Positions 10,501 to 20,438 of a stretch of 37,905 nt of DNA are shown here, in pieces. Position 1 is the stretch's first letter. The number at the start of each line of letters is the position of its first letter. The stretch spans positions 1 to 37,905 of the forward strand of contig DVJV01000091.1 in assembly GCA_018716525.1 (NCBI GenBank), in the 5' to 3' direction. Source of the DNA: Candidatus Ventricola gallistercoris (GTDB taxonomy: Bacteria; Bacillota; Clostridia; Christensenellales; Aristaeellaceae). The notes under the pieces were generated by a model. It was given only the letters and a program-made list of their open reading frames with translations, did not search any database and was not told the DNA's origin. A program made the position numbers and the translations under genes.

Positions 10501-10703
10501 AGGATCAGGCCACCGACCGCGCGCACCGCATCGGCCAAAAGCGCGCGGTGACGGTGATCCGGCTCATCACGCGCGGGAGCATCGAGGAGCAGGTCGTGCG
10601 CCTGGGCGCGCGCAAGCGCGAGCTGTTTGACCAGATGATCACCGCGGGCGAGAGCATGCCCACCCAGCTGAGCGCCGAGGATATCCGCGCGCTGTTTGAG
10701 TGA
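7545..10703 (+). CDS. SWIM zinc-finger + SNF2-family helicase/ATPase (bacterial SNF2-associated type)
   Basis: SWIM CxCxnCxH motif (CTCDFFCNVHRPCRH). SNF2 motifs LADDMGLGKT, DEAQYIKN, LTGTPMENH, and helicase C motifs FSQFT and QATDRAHRIGQ. The GTG at 7545 is preceded by GGAGAGG; an in-frame ATG at 7515 is the alternative start. Confidence 0.9.
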   Translation: MAEELDLLRRITPQEEYQAGQAIYQSGGVHPIEEENGMLRYAVDGDPRRVVRVGSGAKLSGRCTCDFFCNVHRPCRHLAAAIMAAVSTGAIEEMRRRRARENAGALMGALRGALPAEEPVNMELTLQLLGERGDVRVSLRVGQERLYVVKSMAQFLRAMREKTRLAFGKGFVLEPEWMGFDGVDERILSLLQDAAYVSDLEGHLVLTGLEAKYLTLPERFVPRLMHLLRDKPFRVSLGEETHSVTGVFDGQVELLFAVYASGRELEVRAQMPRTMRPLDERCAYVYCEGDVLHLPPSQREIVRVLMQAGSDAQAAFRFDAAQSARVISELLPALEQAGSVTIDGALAERIVRKPLQVRAYFDREERMVLCRMTFVYGDEEIDPFAPAPGVQTGEDRMLMLRDAAAERKALDQLAASGFRMQRGRVVLSGQDAVYRFLTEGIYRLQETAEVYCSDEFRKMTPRKPHFTGTLRMQDGTLRLQMRQDGEPSEEIVNILRALRDRKRYFRLRDGTFLDLTDMEEWRELAEAAVGADNGRDEDADGISPFGRGIVEVASYRAAYMVSLLEGSSLPVTADDGVKQMVSSLQTDGEPCPEPLGSMLRPYQMRGFMWMQALDRLHMGGVLADDMGLGKTLQVIALLLWAQSDKREDRASIVVAPTSLVYNWLSEIGRFAPSLRVAVAEGSQNQRVQGIARLCGPQRDVDVYLTSYPLIRRDIGHLSNVPFRFAILDEAQYIKNAMSVGAGAVKQLKAQTRFALTGTPMENHPGELWSIFDFVLPGYLLSFAQFMHRFGYGEESDVLRRRIRPFLLRRLKGDVLRELPDKVEVQMFADMTEEQRRVYRASLLRLRPQVESAGTSHVEMLAAITELRQICGHPSLVLKDYAASSGKLDMLLDILPGALEAGHRALIFSQFTRMLRIIRRRLEAVGIECLYLDGDTPPKRRMEMVEQFNGGQGQVFLISLKAGGSGLNLVGADTVIHFDPWWNPAAEDQATDRAHRIGQKRAVTVIRLITRGSIEEQVVRLGARKRELFDQMITAGESMPTQLSAEDIRALFE

Positions 10704-10710
10704 AGCGCGG

Positions 10711-10740
10711 TTGACGGGGCCCGATTTCGCGGGGTATAAT
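10711..10740 (+). promoter_or_regulatory. Candidate sigma-A promoter for radC
   Basis: TTGACG at 10711-10716, 18-nt spacer, TATAAT at 10735-10740. Confidence 0.55.
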
Positions 10741-10783
10741 GAATCAGAAGATCGCTCAAAGCATCAGGGGAGGCGGTGAATCC

Positions 10784-11650
10784 ATGCGGGAGCGCAAGCA
10801 GGAAAAGGCTTCCATCCATGCGGGTCACCGCGCGCGGCTGCGCGAGCGGTTTTTGCAGGAGGGCATCGGCTCCTTTTCCGAGCACGAGGTGCTCGAGCTG
10901 CTGCTCATGTATGCCATCCCCCAGCGGGATGTCAATCCCCTGGCGCACGAGCTGCTTTATACGTTCGGCTCGCTCAGCGCCGTGCTGGAGGCGGATGTCA
11001 GCGAATTGATGCGCGTGAGCGGCGTGGGGCTCAATACCGCTTCGCTGATCACCCTGATGCCGCAGCTGATGGGGTATTATCACCGCAGCGCCATGGGCGA
11101 CCGGCCGGTGATCCACAACCTGGCGGCGGCCAGGCAATACGCGGGGGCGCTGTTCATCGGCGCGCATGAGGAGCGCGTATACATGATCTGCCTGGATCAG
11201 AATGGCCGCGTGCTGCACCCGGCGCTTTTGCACAAGGGCACCATCGACGAGGTGAAGCTCTATCCGCGCGAAGTGGTGGAGACGGCCATCCGCTACCACG
11301 CGCACGCGGTGCTGCTGGCGCACAACCATCCCAGCGGGAGCGCGGAGCCTTCCATGGAGGATTACCAGACCACCCGGCGGGTGATCGACGCGCTTGGCAT
11401 GATCTCGGTGCGGGTGGTGGATCACCTGATCTTCGCGGGCGAGGATGTGTATTCCATGATCCGCAGCAGCATGCAGATGGATGAACCCGATGAGCGCGTC
11501 AGCTATGTGATGCGCAGCCGCAACGTCAGCGGGCAGCGGGGCACGCTGCGGGCAAACCAGCAGGTGCAGCTGGTTACGCTTGCGCTTGACGGCAACGCAT
11601 GTGTACAGACAGAAGGAGAAATACATTGCGAATCAGATTGGGAAGGATGA
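10784..11650 (+). CDS. radC: RadC-family JAB-domain protein (UPF0758) with a C-terminal extension
   Basis: HAGHRARLRERF...HEVLELLL N-terminal HhH region and the JAMM motif HNHPSG. The ATG at 10784 follows AGGGGAGG. The track start at 10739 lies inside the -10 box. Confidence 0.85.
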   Translation: MRERKQEKASIHAGHRARLRERFLQEGIGSFSEHEVLELLLMYAIPQRDVNPLAHELLYTFGSLSAVLEADVSELMRVSGVGLNTASLITLMPQLMGYYHRSAMGDRPVIHNLAAARQYAGALFIGAHEERVYMICLDQNGRVLHPALLHKGTIDEVKLYPREVVETAIRYHAHAVLLAHNHPSGSAEPSMEDYQTTRRVIDALGMISVRVVDHLIFAGEDVYSMIRSSMQMDEPDERVSYVMRSRNVSGQRGTLRANQQVQLVTLALDGNACVQTEGEIHCESDWEG

Positions 11651-12216
11651 TGCTGATGCTCGTGCTGGGGCTGGTGCTCATGGGGCTGCTGGCAGCGGCC
11701 GGGTTGATCGGCTTTGTCTATTATCAGGAGACGCATCTGCCGCCGCAGGAGGAATCCGACGCGATCATCGTGCTGGGCGCGCAGGTGCTTGCGGATGGCA
11801 CGCCGTCCGTGGCGCTGGAGCGGCGGCTGACGGCGGCGCTGGAGGCCTACGAGGAAAAGCCGCAGCTGATCATCACCTGCGGCGCGCGGGGGCTTGACGA
11901 GCCGCGCGCGGAGGGCGAGGTCATGCGCGACTGGCTGATCGAGCGCGGGGTTTCGCCCGATGACGTGGTGCCGGAGACCTCGTCGTTCAACACCCGGGAG
12001 AACCTCGAGTATGCCCAGGCGATCATGGAGCACCGGGGGCTGCAAAAGGCGCTGATCGTCACAAGCGATTATCACGTGGCGCGCGCGCTGGCGCTGTGCG
12101 AGCAGGTGGGCATCGACGCCACGGGCAAGGGCAGCCCTTCAAAGCCCGAATACTTTATCAAGAACCACTTCCGCGAGGGACTGAGCTGGATGAAGTTCTG
12201 GCTGGAGAGCATGTGA
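11626..12216 (+). CDS. DUF218/YdcF (SanA/ElyC-like) membrane-anchored protein
   Basis: N-terminal TM helix, then AIIVLGAQV...GTPS...RL..A...Y and TSDYHVARA motifs of DUF218. The TTG at 11626 is preceded by AGAAGGAGA; ATG 11647/11650 are alternatives. Overlaps the radC 3' end. Confidence 0.8.
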   Translation: MRIRLGRMMLMLVLGLVLMGLLAAAGLIGFVYYQETHLPPQEESDAIIVLGAQVLADGTPSVALERRLTAALEAYEEKPQLIITCGARGLDEPRAEGEVMRDWLIERGVSPDDVVPETSSFNTRENLEYAQAIMEHRGLQKALIVTSDYHVARALALCEQVGIDATGKGSPSKPEYFIKNHFREGLSWMKFWLESM

Positions 12217-12935
12217 TGAACAAAGAACGGCTGAAGAGCGGGCTTTTGCGCATGGGCATCGAAGCGGATGCGCTGGCGATGGATCGGTTTGAGGCCTTCC
12301 ACGCGATCCTCGATGAGTACAACCAGCGCATGGATCTGACGGCGGTGCTCAGCGAGGATGAGCGGATCGACCGGCACGATCTGGACAGCGCCGCGCCGCT
12401 TTCGCACGGCCTGCTCGCCCCGGGCGCGCGGGTGATCGACGTGGGCACGGGCGCGGGCTTTCCGGGCATGCCGCTTTTGATCCTGCGGCCGGATCTGCGC
12501 ATGACCTTTTTGGATGCGCTGCAAAAGCGCATCGGCTTTTTGCAGGATGCGCTCGCCCGCCTGGGGCTCAGCGCGCAGACGCTGCACGCGCGCGCGGAGG
12601 ATGCCGCGCGCCTTCCCGAGCACCGCGAGCAGTACGATGTGGCCGTTTCCCGCGCGGTGGCGGGCGCGGCGACGCTGCAGGAGCTGATGCTCCCCTTTGT
12701 GCGCCAGGGCGGCCTGTCCATCGCCTTTAAGGGCCCGGGCCTCGCGCAGGAGATGACGGCGGCCAGGCGCGCGGCCTTTGTGCTGGGCGGCACCGTGCGC
12801 GCCGTGGTGGATGCCCCCATCCCCGGGCGCGAGGACTGGGCACACGTGCTGCTGCTCACGGACAAGACGGGGCAGACGCCCAAGGCGTATCCGCGCCGCG
12901 CGGGCACGCCGGGCAAAAAGCCGCTGGGCACGTAA
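12216..12935 (+). CDS. rsmG: 16S rRNA (guanine527-N7)-methyltransferase RsmG/GidB
   Basis: MNKERLKSGL...FEAFHAILDEYNQRMDLTAV start and the SAM motif IDVGTGAGFPG. The ATG overlaps the upstream TGA (TGATG). The track N-terminal extension from 12096 is rejected. Confidence 0.9.
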   Translation: MNKERLKSGLLRMGIEADALAMDRFEAFHAILDEYNQRMDLTAVLSEDERIDRHDLDSAAPLSHGLLAPGARVIDVGTGAGFPGMPLLILRPDLRMTFLDALQKRIGFLQDALARLGLSAQTLHARAEDAARLPEHREQYDVAVSRAVAGAATLQELMLPFVRQGGLSIAFKGPGLAQEMTAARRAAFVLGGTVRAVVDAPIPGREDWAHVLLLTDKTGQTPKAYPRRAGTPGKKPLGT

Positions 12936-12966
12936 AGCCGCCGGGGCCTGCCCCAAAGGCGCACCA

Positions 12967-13013
12967 AATCGACCCCCAAGGGAGGCAAAAGCTGCTTCCC
13001 GCGGGGGTCGATT
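12967..13013. terminator. Long imperfect hairpin between convergent genes (possible terminator)
   Basis: Outer arms AATCGACCCCC / GGGGGTCGATT with an inner imperfect stem. No strong T-run. Confidence 0.45.
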
Positions 13014-13045
13014 CTCCGTATGCGTTTTGTTTCGCCGGCGCCCGG

Positions 13046-13850
13046 TCACGGCGCGGCCTGCGAAAGGGCAGACGGGGCTAAATCCCGCTGGCGCTGCGTG
13101 GCGTTTCTGCGGCCGCCGCCCATGCCGCCGGGGTTGTTTTCCGAGCCGTCGTTGGTGGTCACATCCGCGCCGTTGTTGGCGTATGTGCCGTCCGCATCCA
13201 GGGCGGTGTCGCCCGAGCCGTTGCAGGTGAGGTCGAGCACGCTGCCGTTGAGGGTCAGATCCCCGTTGGAGTCGAGGCAGTCCCCGCCCGATACGATGGT
13301 GAACGTGCCGCCGCTAATGAGGATGAAGATGTCCGAACCGGAGGCAAACTGCTCCTGCCGCCTGCCGCCAAAGCCGGCGCTGTCGGCGTGGATGGCATCG
13401 TCGCCGCTGCTCAGCGTGAATTCGCCGGAGGTGATCAGCAGCGCCCCGCCGCAGTGGAGGCAGTCGTCCGCCGTGTCGGCCACAAACGTGCCGCCGGCGA
13501 TGGTCATCGTGTCCTCGGCCTTGATGCCCTTCTGGCTGGTGGAGGTTTCCTCCGTGTCCGAAGTCTGCGCCTGCGCCATGGGGCCGCCGAAGGAGAAGGC
13601 ATCGCTGGCCGTCAGATCGACGCTGGCGCTGCCGCCGTTAAGGCGGATGGATACGGCGCCGCTCTCGTCGTAGCTGCCGTCAAGGTCCTGGTCGCTAAAC
13701 AAGCGCGCTCAGATCCACCTGCTGCCCGGATATGCCGGTTTCGGCGCTGGCAGACGCCGTGTCCTCGCACAGGCCCTGCGCGCACAGCAGGCACGCGCTC
13801 AGCGTGAAGAGCGCCGCAAGGCGCAAAAAGGGGTATCGTCTTTGTTTCAT
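13046..13850 (-). pseudogene. Frameshifted, apparently shortened Cthe_2159-like carbohydrate-binding/beta-helix lipoprotein gene
   Basis: The ATG at 13850 (GGAGG 9 nt upstream) encodes MKQRRYPFLRLAALFTLSAC... with an LSAC lipobox, and hits TAG at 13695-13697. The family-typical continuation LFSDQDLDGSYDES... is in another frame (track ORF 13046-13702, TTG-initiated). Confidence 0.65.
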
Positions 13851-13873
13851 GGTGTGAACCTCCTGCTTTCATG

Positions 13874-14569
13874 TCACAGGCCGGCGGAAACGGTTTCCTG
13901 CTCGCACAGGGCGATTTCCAGGTTGCCGTTGCGCTGGCGGAGCTGGTCGATCAGCGTTTTCTCGCAGGCGCTCCTCTTGAGCGTCAGCTCGTAGGTGAGC
14001 TTGAAGAGGCTGCCCATCTGGGTGGTCTTCACCTGGGTGAGGGTGAACTGCGAGGCGTACTCGGTCAGAATGGGGTCAAATACGCCGGTGTAGTTGAGGT
14101 CCTCGGGAATGGTGATGTGCAGCGTGCGAAACCGCGTTCTGCCCGCGCCATCGCCCAGGCGCAGCGCGTTGTAGAGCATGGTGATGCCGCCCAGGCACGC
14201 GGCAAAGAGCAGCGCGTAGAGCAGGTAGCCCATGCCGGAGATGAGGCCCGAGCCCATGGCGATGAAGAGCGAGGCGATCTCCCGGGCGGAGCCGGGCGCG
14301 GAGCGGAAGCGCACCAGGTTGAATGTGCCGGCGACCGCCACGCCGGTGCCGATGTTGCCGTTGACCATGAGAATGACCACGCAGACCACGGCGGGCAGGA
14401 TGGCGAGGGTGACGGCAAAGCTCCTGGAGCACCGGCAGCGCCACAGGGTGGTGGCGCACAGCAAAAGGCCGGCGAGCAGCGATGTGCCGATGCAAAGCAG
14501 AAAGTCGCCGGGCGCGATGACCCGGGTGAGCGAGGTGTCAAAGAGGCCGCCAAAGAGCGATTCAAGCAT
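13874..14569 (-). CDS. DUF4956 domain-containing membrane protein
   Basis: TM N-terminal half plus a soluble C-terminal half (FRTLHITIPEDLNYTGVFDPILTEY...LTYELTLK) typical of DUF4956. It overlaps the VTC fragment stop by 8 nt, the usual operon partner arrangement. Confidence 0.8.
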   Translation of the reverse strand: MLESLFGGLFDTSLTRVIAPGDFLLCIGTSLLAGLLLCATTLWRCRCSRSFAVTLAILPAVVCVVILMVNGNIGTGVAVAGTFNLVRFRSAPGSAREIASLFIAMGSGLISGMGYLLYALLFAACLGGITMLYNALRLGDGAGRTRFRTLHITIPEDLNYTGVFDPILTEYASQFTLTQVKTTQMGSLFKLTYELTLKRSACEKTLIDQLRQRNGNLEIALCEQETVSAGL

Positions 14570-15032
14570 AGTGGAAAGTTCCCTCCTGTCGTGCGGTGGT
14601 GATGGATTGGTAAGCGGCGCCGTATTTGGAAAACGAGGTCTTAAACAGCCCCAGCGAGGAGAGGATGCGCACCATCCACAGCGGCAGGCTGCCGCACGTC
14701 TTGAGCTCCATGAGCACCCGGTCGGGGGGCAGGATGGAGATGCCGCCGGTGCCGGAGCACAGGGTCAGGCTGTTCAGACGGAAGCGGATCTGCGAATCGA
14801 ACGTGATGCGAAACTGCACGTCCTCCACGCCGTGGAAGGCATCCCGCTCGTAGGAGAGGAACAGCGCGGGGCGAAGGCCGCTGTAAAACCCGGCGGCATA
14901 GGCGATCTCGCCGCCAATCTGCGTCTTGGGCCAGGGCAGCGTGCCGTCTATGCAGCGCAGGGCGTCGCTTTGGGGCAAAATCAGCCGCCGTTTGTACACC
15001 ACGGAGCGGTATTTTTTCTTCAGCTCCACGAA
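14562..15032 (-). pseudogene. 5'-truncated VTC-domain (polyphosphate polymerase domain) gene, about 156 codons retained
   Basis: Family-like sequence starts abruptly at FVELKKKYRSVVYKRR and continues to LMELKTCGSLPLW...FSKYGAAY. The 59 residues upstream in the track ORF are Pro/Arg/Gly-rich junk antisense to a kinase fragment. No RBS or start at the homology boundary. Confidence 0.7.
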
Positions 15033-15037
15033 TATAT

Positions 15038-15148
15038 GGCCTGGGCCTGTCCATCGCAAAGGGCATCGTGCTGGCCCACCGGGGCAAGATCCGGGCCGAG
15101 AGCCCGGACGCGGGCACGCTGTGCATCGTGGTGAGCCTGACGGCCTGA
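15038..15148 (+). pseudogene. 3'-terminal remnant of a sensor histidine kinase (last 36 codons of the HATPase_c domain)
   Basis: Translates to GLGLSIAKGIVLAHRGKIRAESPDAGTLCIVVSLTA*, the G2-box-to-end of a histidine kinase. There is nothing kinase-like upstream in that frame. Confidence 0.7.
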
Positions 15149-15194
15149 CGGCAAAGCGCGGCCGCCCGCCAGGCACAGAAAGCGCAAAAACGGC

Positions 15195-15223
15195 TTGACA
15201 TTTGCCCATCCGTTGGATACAAT
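15195..15223 (+). promoter_or_regulatory. Sigma-A promoter of the leuS leader
   Basis: TTGACA at 15195-15200, 17-nt spacer, TACAAT at 15218-15223. Confidence 0.7.
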
Positions 15224-15229
15224 GGATGA

Positions 15230-15495
15230 AGTTTCACATAGCCCAAAAAGCGATGAAGGGAAACAAGCGCGCAAAGGCGCCCAAAGAGAGCCGGCGGCAG
15301 GTGCGAGCCGGCGGGCCGATGCGCGGATAGCTCCTCCCCGAGCTCCGCAGGCGAGCGCACACAGGTGCGGGTAGTCTGCGGCGGTCAGGCCCCGTGACAG
15401 GCCGTGATGAGGGCCGCAGATGCGGCTGAATCAGGGTGGTACCGCGTCCTTTGAGGCGCCCCTGTGCATGAACATGTGCGTCAGGGGCGCTTTTT
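15230..15495 (+). promoter_or_regulatory. T-box riboswitch leader (tRNA-sensing) upstream of leuS
   Basis: Conserved T-box sequence AATCAGGGTGGTACCGCG at 15429-15446. Terminator GCGCCCCTG / CAGGGGCGC + TTTTT at 15456-15495. Stem I elements AGAGAG and GGTGCGA near 15285-15306. CUC (Leu) triplets at 15331-15336 and 15343-15345 are candidate specifiers. Confidence 0.85.
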
Positions 15496-15533
15496 CTGTC
15501 CCCGCGCAGGAAGAAAGAGGAGGTCTTTATCCC

Positions 15534-17945
<2,412 letters not shown>

Positions 17946-18030
17946 TGCGCCGACGCGCAAACAGCCGGAGGCGGCGCAAATGCCCCGGTTTTCCCGCGTG
18001 CGCTGCACAGGCAAAACAGGATTGAATCAA

Positions 18031-18062
18031 AACGCGGGAAGACAAAAGCCTTCCCGCGTTTT
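18031..18062 (+). terminator. leuS terminator
   Basis: ACGCGGGAAG / CTTCCCGCGT 10-bp stem, 8-nt loop, followed by TTT. Confidence 0.7.
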
Positions 18063-18301
18063 AGGTTATTCAAAACCTTTCTGGGTGGTTTGGAGGGCCG
18101 TAGCCCTCCAAATATCATCCGAATCCGGCGACATGTGCGGCGGATTCGGAGCCTTGCGTAGCAAGGTTTCCTTACGGCGTTTCCCGCCCGGGAGGCCCAA
18201 AGGGCCGAGAGGGAAACGGCGCAAAATATTCGGAAAAGGACGCCGCAGGCGGACTTTTCCGAAACGCCGGCCCCCGGCAGGCGGGGCGAAAGGAGATCAT
18301 C

Positions 18302-18661
18302 ATGAAAGAAGAAAAGGTCTATGCCATGCGCTTTGCGCAGGTGTATCCGCTGCTGGTGGCCAAGGCGGTCAGAAAGGGGCGCACGGCGGCAGAGGTCAAC
18401 GAAGCGATCTGCTGGCTGACGGGCTACACGGACGAGGCGCTCGCCAAGACGGCGGAGAGCGACGTCAGCCTGGGCGATTTTTTCCGCGGCGCGCCGGCCA
18501 TGAACCCCGCGCGAATGCAGATCAAGGGCACGATCTGCGGCGTGCGCGTGGAGAACATCGAAGACCCGCTGATGCGGGACATCCGGTGCCTGGACAAGCT
18601 GGTCGATGAGCTGGCCAAGGGCAAGCCCATGGACAAGGTGCTGCGCAAGGCGCAGCCCTGA
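18302..18661 (+). CDS. DUF2200 domain-containing protein
   Basis: AAGGAGA RBS. MRFAQVYPLLVAKAVRKGRTAAEVNEAICWLTGY matches the DUF2200 N-terminal signature. Confidence 0.8.
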   Translation: MKEEKVYAMRFAQVYPLLVAKAVRKGRTAAEVNEAICWLTGYTDEALAKTAESDVSLGDFFRGAPAMNPARMQIKGTICGVRVENIEDPLMRDIRCLDKLVDELAKGKPMDKVLRKAQP

Positions 18662-18683
18662 AGACATGCCCGCGCCAAACGGG

Positions 18684-19616
18684 TTATTCCGAGAACAGGG
18701 GCGTTGACAGGTAGCGCTCACCGGAATCGGGCAGGAATACCACGACCGTCTTGCCCGCGTTTTGGAGGCGGGCGGCGATTTGCAGCGCGGCGTGCAGCGC
18801 CGCGCCGGAGGAGACGCCCACCAGCACGCCCTCTTCGCGCGCCATGCGCCTGCCTGCGGCATAGGCATCTTCCTCGCGCACGGTCACGATTTCGTCGTAG
18901 ACGGAGGTATCCAGCACGCCGGGCACAAAGCCCGCGCCGATGCCCTGCAGGCCGTGCGGCCCCGCTTTGCCGCCCGAGAGCACCGGCGAGGCGGCGGGCT
19001 CCACCGCCACGATGCGCAGATCCGGGTGGCGCTCGCGCAGGTAGCGGCCCGCGCCGGTGATCGTGCCGCCCGTGCCCACGCCCGCCACGAAGAAGTCGAT
19101 GCGCCCGTCCGCGTCGCGCTCGATCTCCGGGCCGGTCGTCTCGTAGTGCGTCTGCGGGTTGGCGGGGTTGTCAAACTGGCCGGGGATGAATGCGCCGGGC
19201 ATCTGGCGGGCGAGCGCCTGGGCGCGGTCGATGGCCCCTTTCATGCCCAGCGCGCCTTCGGTGAGCACGAGCTCCGCGCCGTATGCGCGCATCAGCTGCA
19301 TCCGCTCGCGGCTCATCGTCTCGGGCATGACGATGAGGACGCGGTATCCGCGCGACGCGGCCACCGCGCACAGGCCAATGCCCGTGTTGCCCGACGTCGG
19401 CTCGATGATGACCGACCCGGAGCCGATCAGGCCGCGGCGCTCGGCGTCGTCGAGCATCTGCATGGCGACGCGGTCCTTGGCGGAACCGGCGGGGTTCATG
19501 CCTTCCAGCTTGGCGAGGATGCGCGCGTGCAGCGCGTCCTTTTTTTGTATGTGCGTCAGCTCCAGCAGCGGCGTGTTGCCGATGAGCTGCTCAACGGATG
19601 TTACAATGCGGCCCAT
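18684..19616 (-). CDS. cysK: Cysteine synthase A (O-acetylserine sulfhydrylase)
   Basis: [10 protein letters not shown]...[11 protein letters not shown] (PLP lysine), [11 protein letters not shown]-like motif and GTGGTITG motif. GGAGGAGG RBS. Confidence 0.92.
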   Translation of the reverse strand: MGRIVTSVEQLIGNTPLLELTHIQKKDALHARILAKLEGMNPAGSAKDRVAMQMLDDAERRGLIGSGSVIIEPTSGNTGIGLCAVAASRGYRVLIVMPETMSRERMQLMRAYGAELVLTEGALGMKGAIDRAQALARQMPGAFIPGQFDNPANPQTHYETTGPEIERDADGRIDFFVAGVGTGGTITGAGRYLRERHPDLRIVAVEPAASPVLSGGKAGPHGLQGIGAGFVPGVLDTSVYDEIVTVREEDAYAAGRRMAREEGVLVGVSSGAALHAALQIAARLQNAGKTVVVFLPDSGERYLSTPLFSE

Positions 19617-19651
19617 GTGTGCCCTCCTCCTTGAATGGTTGCTCTGCTGCG

Positions 19652-19680
19652 AGTATACGGCCCGGCGCGCCGCCTGTCAA
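19652..19680 (-). promoter_or_regulatory. Sigma-A promoter for cysK
   Basis: Minus-strand TTGACA (19675-19680), 17-nt spacer, TATACT (19652-19657). Confidence 0.65.
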
Positions 19681-19795
19681 GCGGATGTCCCTTTCCTTTT
19701 GGCCCGAAGGGTGATATACTGTCTGTACAGCTGCGTACCCGGGCAGAGGCGCTTTGCCTGCGGTGCGCGGCGATCATCACCTGCGGAGGACGCAT

Positions 19796-20377
19796 ATGCT
19801 CATCGATGTATATGACTTTGACGGCACCATCTACGACGGCGATTCCACGGTGGACTTCGTCCGCTTCTGCCTGCGGCGGCATCCGTCGCTGCTGACGGGG
19901 GTGCCGGGCCTGACGGGCGCGGCGCTGCGCCTGGCGGCGGGCAAGTCCTCCCTGACGGCGTTCAAGTCCACACTCTTTGGGCTCATGGCCCGGCGCGTCA
20001 GCCTGCAGGACGAGGCCGAGCGCTTCTGGCAGGATGCGGGCACGCGCGCGAATCTGGGCGAGTGGTTTGAGCACACGCCGCGCGACCTGCCCATCGTGAT
20101 CGCGTCGGCCTCGCCGGAGTTTGAGCTCACGCACGCCGCCGCGCTGCTGGGCGTGGAGGTGCTCATCGGCACCCGGTGCGATGCTATCACCGGGCAGCTG
20201 CTGGGCGCCAACTGCAAGGGCGAGGAAAAGCTAAGGCGCATTGGGGAGCGGCTGGGCGAATTTGAGATTCGCGCCATGTACACCGACGATGCCAAAGCCG
20301 ACGGCCCGCTGCTTGCATGCGCGCGGGAGGGCTATCTGCTTTCCCACGGCGTGGTGACACCCTATTTGAAGGCATAA
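19796..20377 (+). CDS. HAD-IB family hydrolase
   Basis: The ATG at 19796 follows GGAGGA. DxDGT motif (VYDFDGTIYDGDS) and later SASP and TDD..D motifs. Confidence 0.75.
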   Translation: MLIDVYDFDGTIYDGDSTVDFVRFCLRRHPSLLTGVPGLTGAALRLAAGKSSLTAFKSTLFGLMARRVSLQDEAERFWQDAGTRANLGEWFEHTPRDLPIVIASASPEFELTHAAALLGVEVLIGTRCDAITGQLLGANCKGEEKLRRIGERLGEFEIRAMYTDDAKADGPLLACAREGYLLSHGVVTPYLKA

Positions 20378-20438
20378 CGGCTGCGCGCGCCGGGCGGTGC
20401 GCCCGGGCGGAGCTGCACAACGACAAGGGGGAAACGGT

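Noticed and set aside
7545-10703. SNF2 helicase as the core of a defence system (DISARM/BREX-like)
   Set aside because: No methyltransferase, PLD nuclease, DUF1998 or other partner genes are adjacent. The neighbours are housekeeping genes (radC, rsmG), and the SWIM+SNF2 architecture is a common core-genome protein in Bacillota.
8106-11626. Minus-strand ORFs 8106-9692, 9696-10538 and 10505-11626
   Set aside because: They are antisense to the SNF2 helicase and radC, with shadow-ORF composition.
13612-13872. 86-aa minus-strand ORF overlapping the Cthe_2159-like gene 5' region
   Set aside because: It is the wrong frame. The frame starting at the ATG at 13850 has a GGAGG RBS and encodes a canonical lipoprotein signal peptide.
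14232-15134. 300-aa plus-strand ORF across the DUF4956/VTC region
   Set aside because: It is antisense to two genes with recognisable family sequence, and its composition is typical of shadow ORFs.
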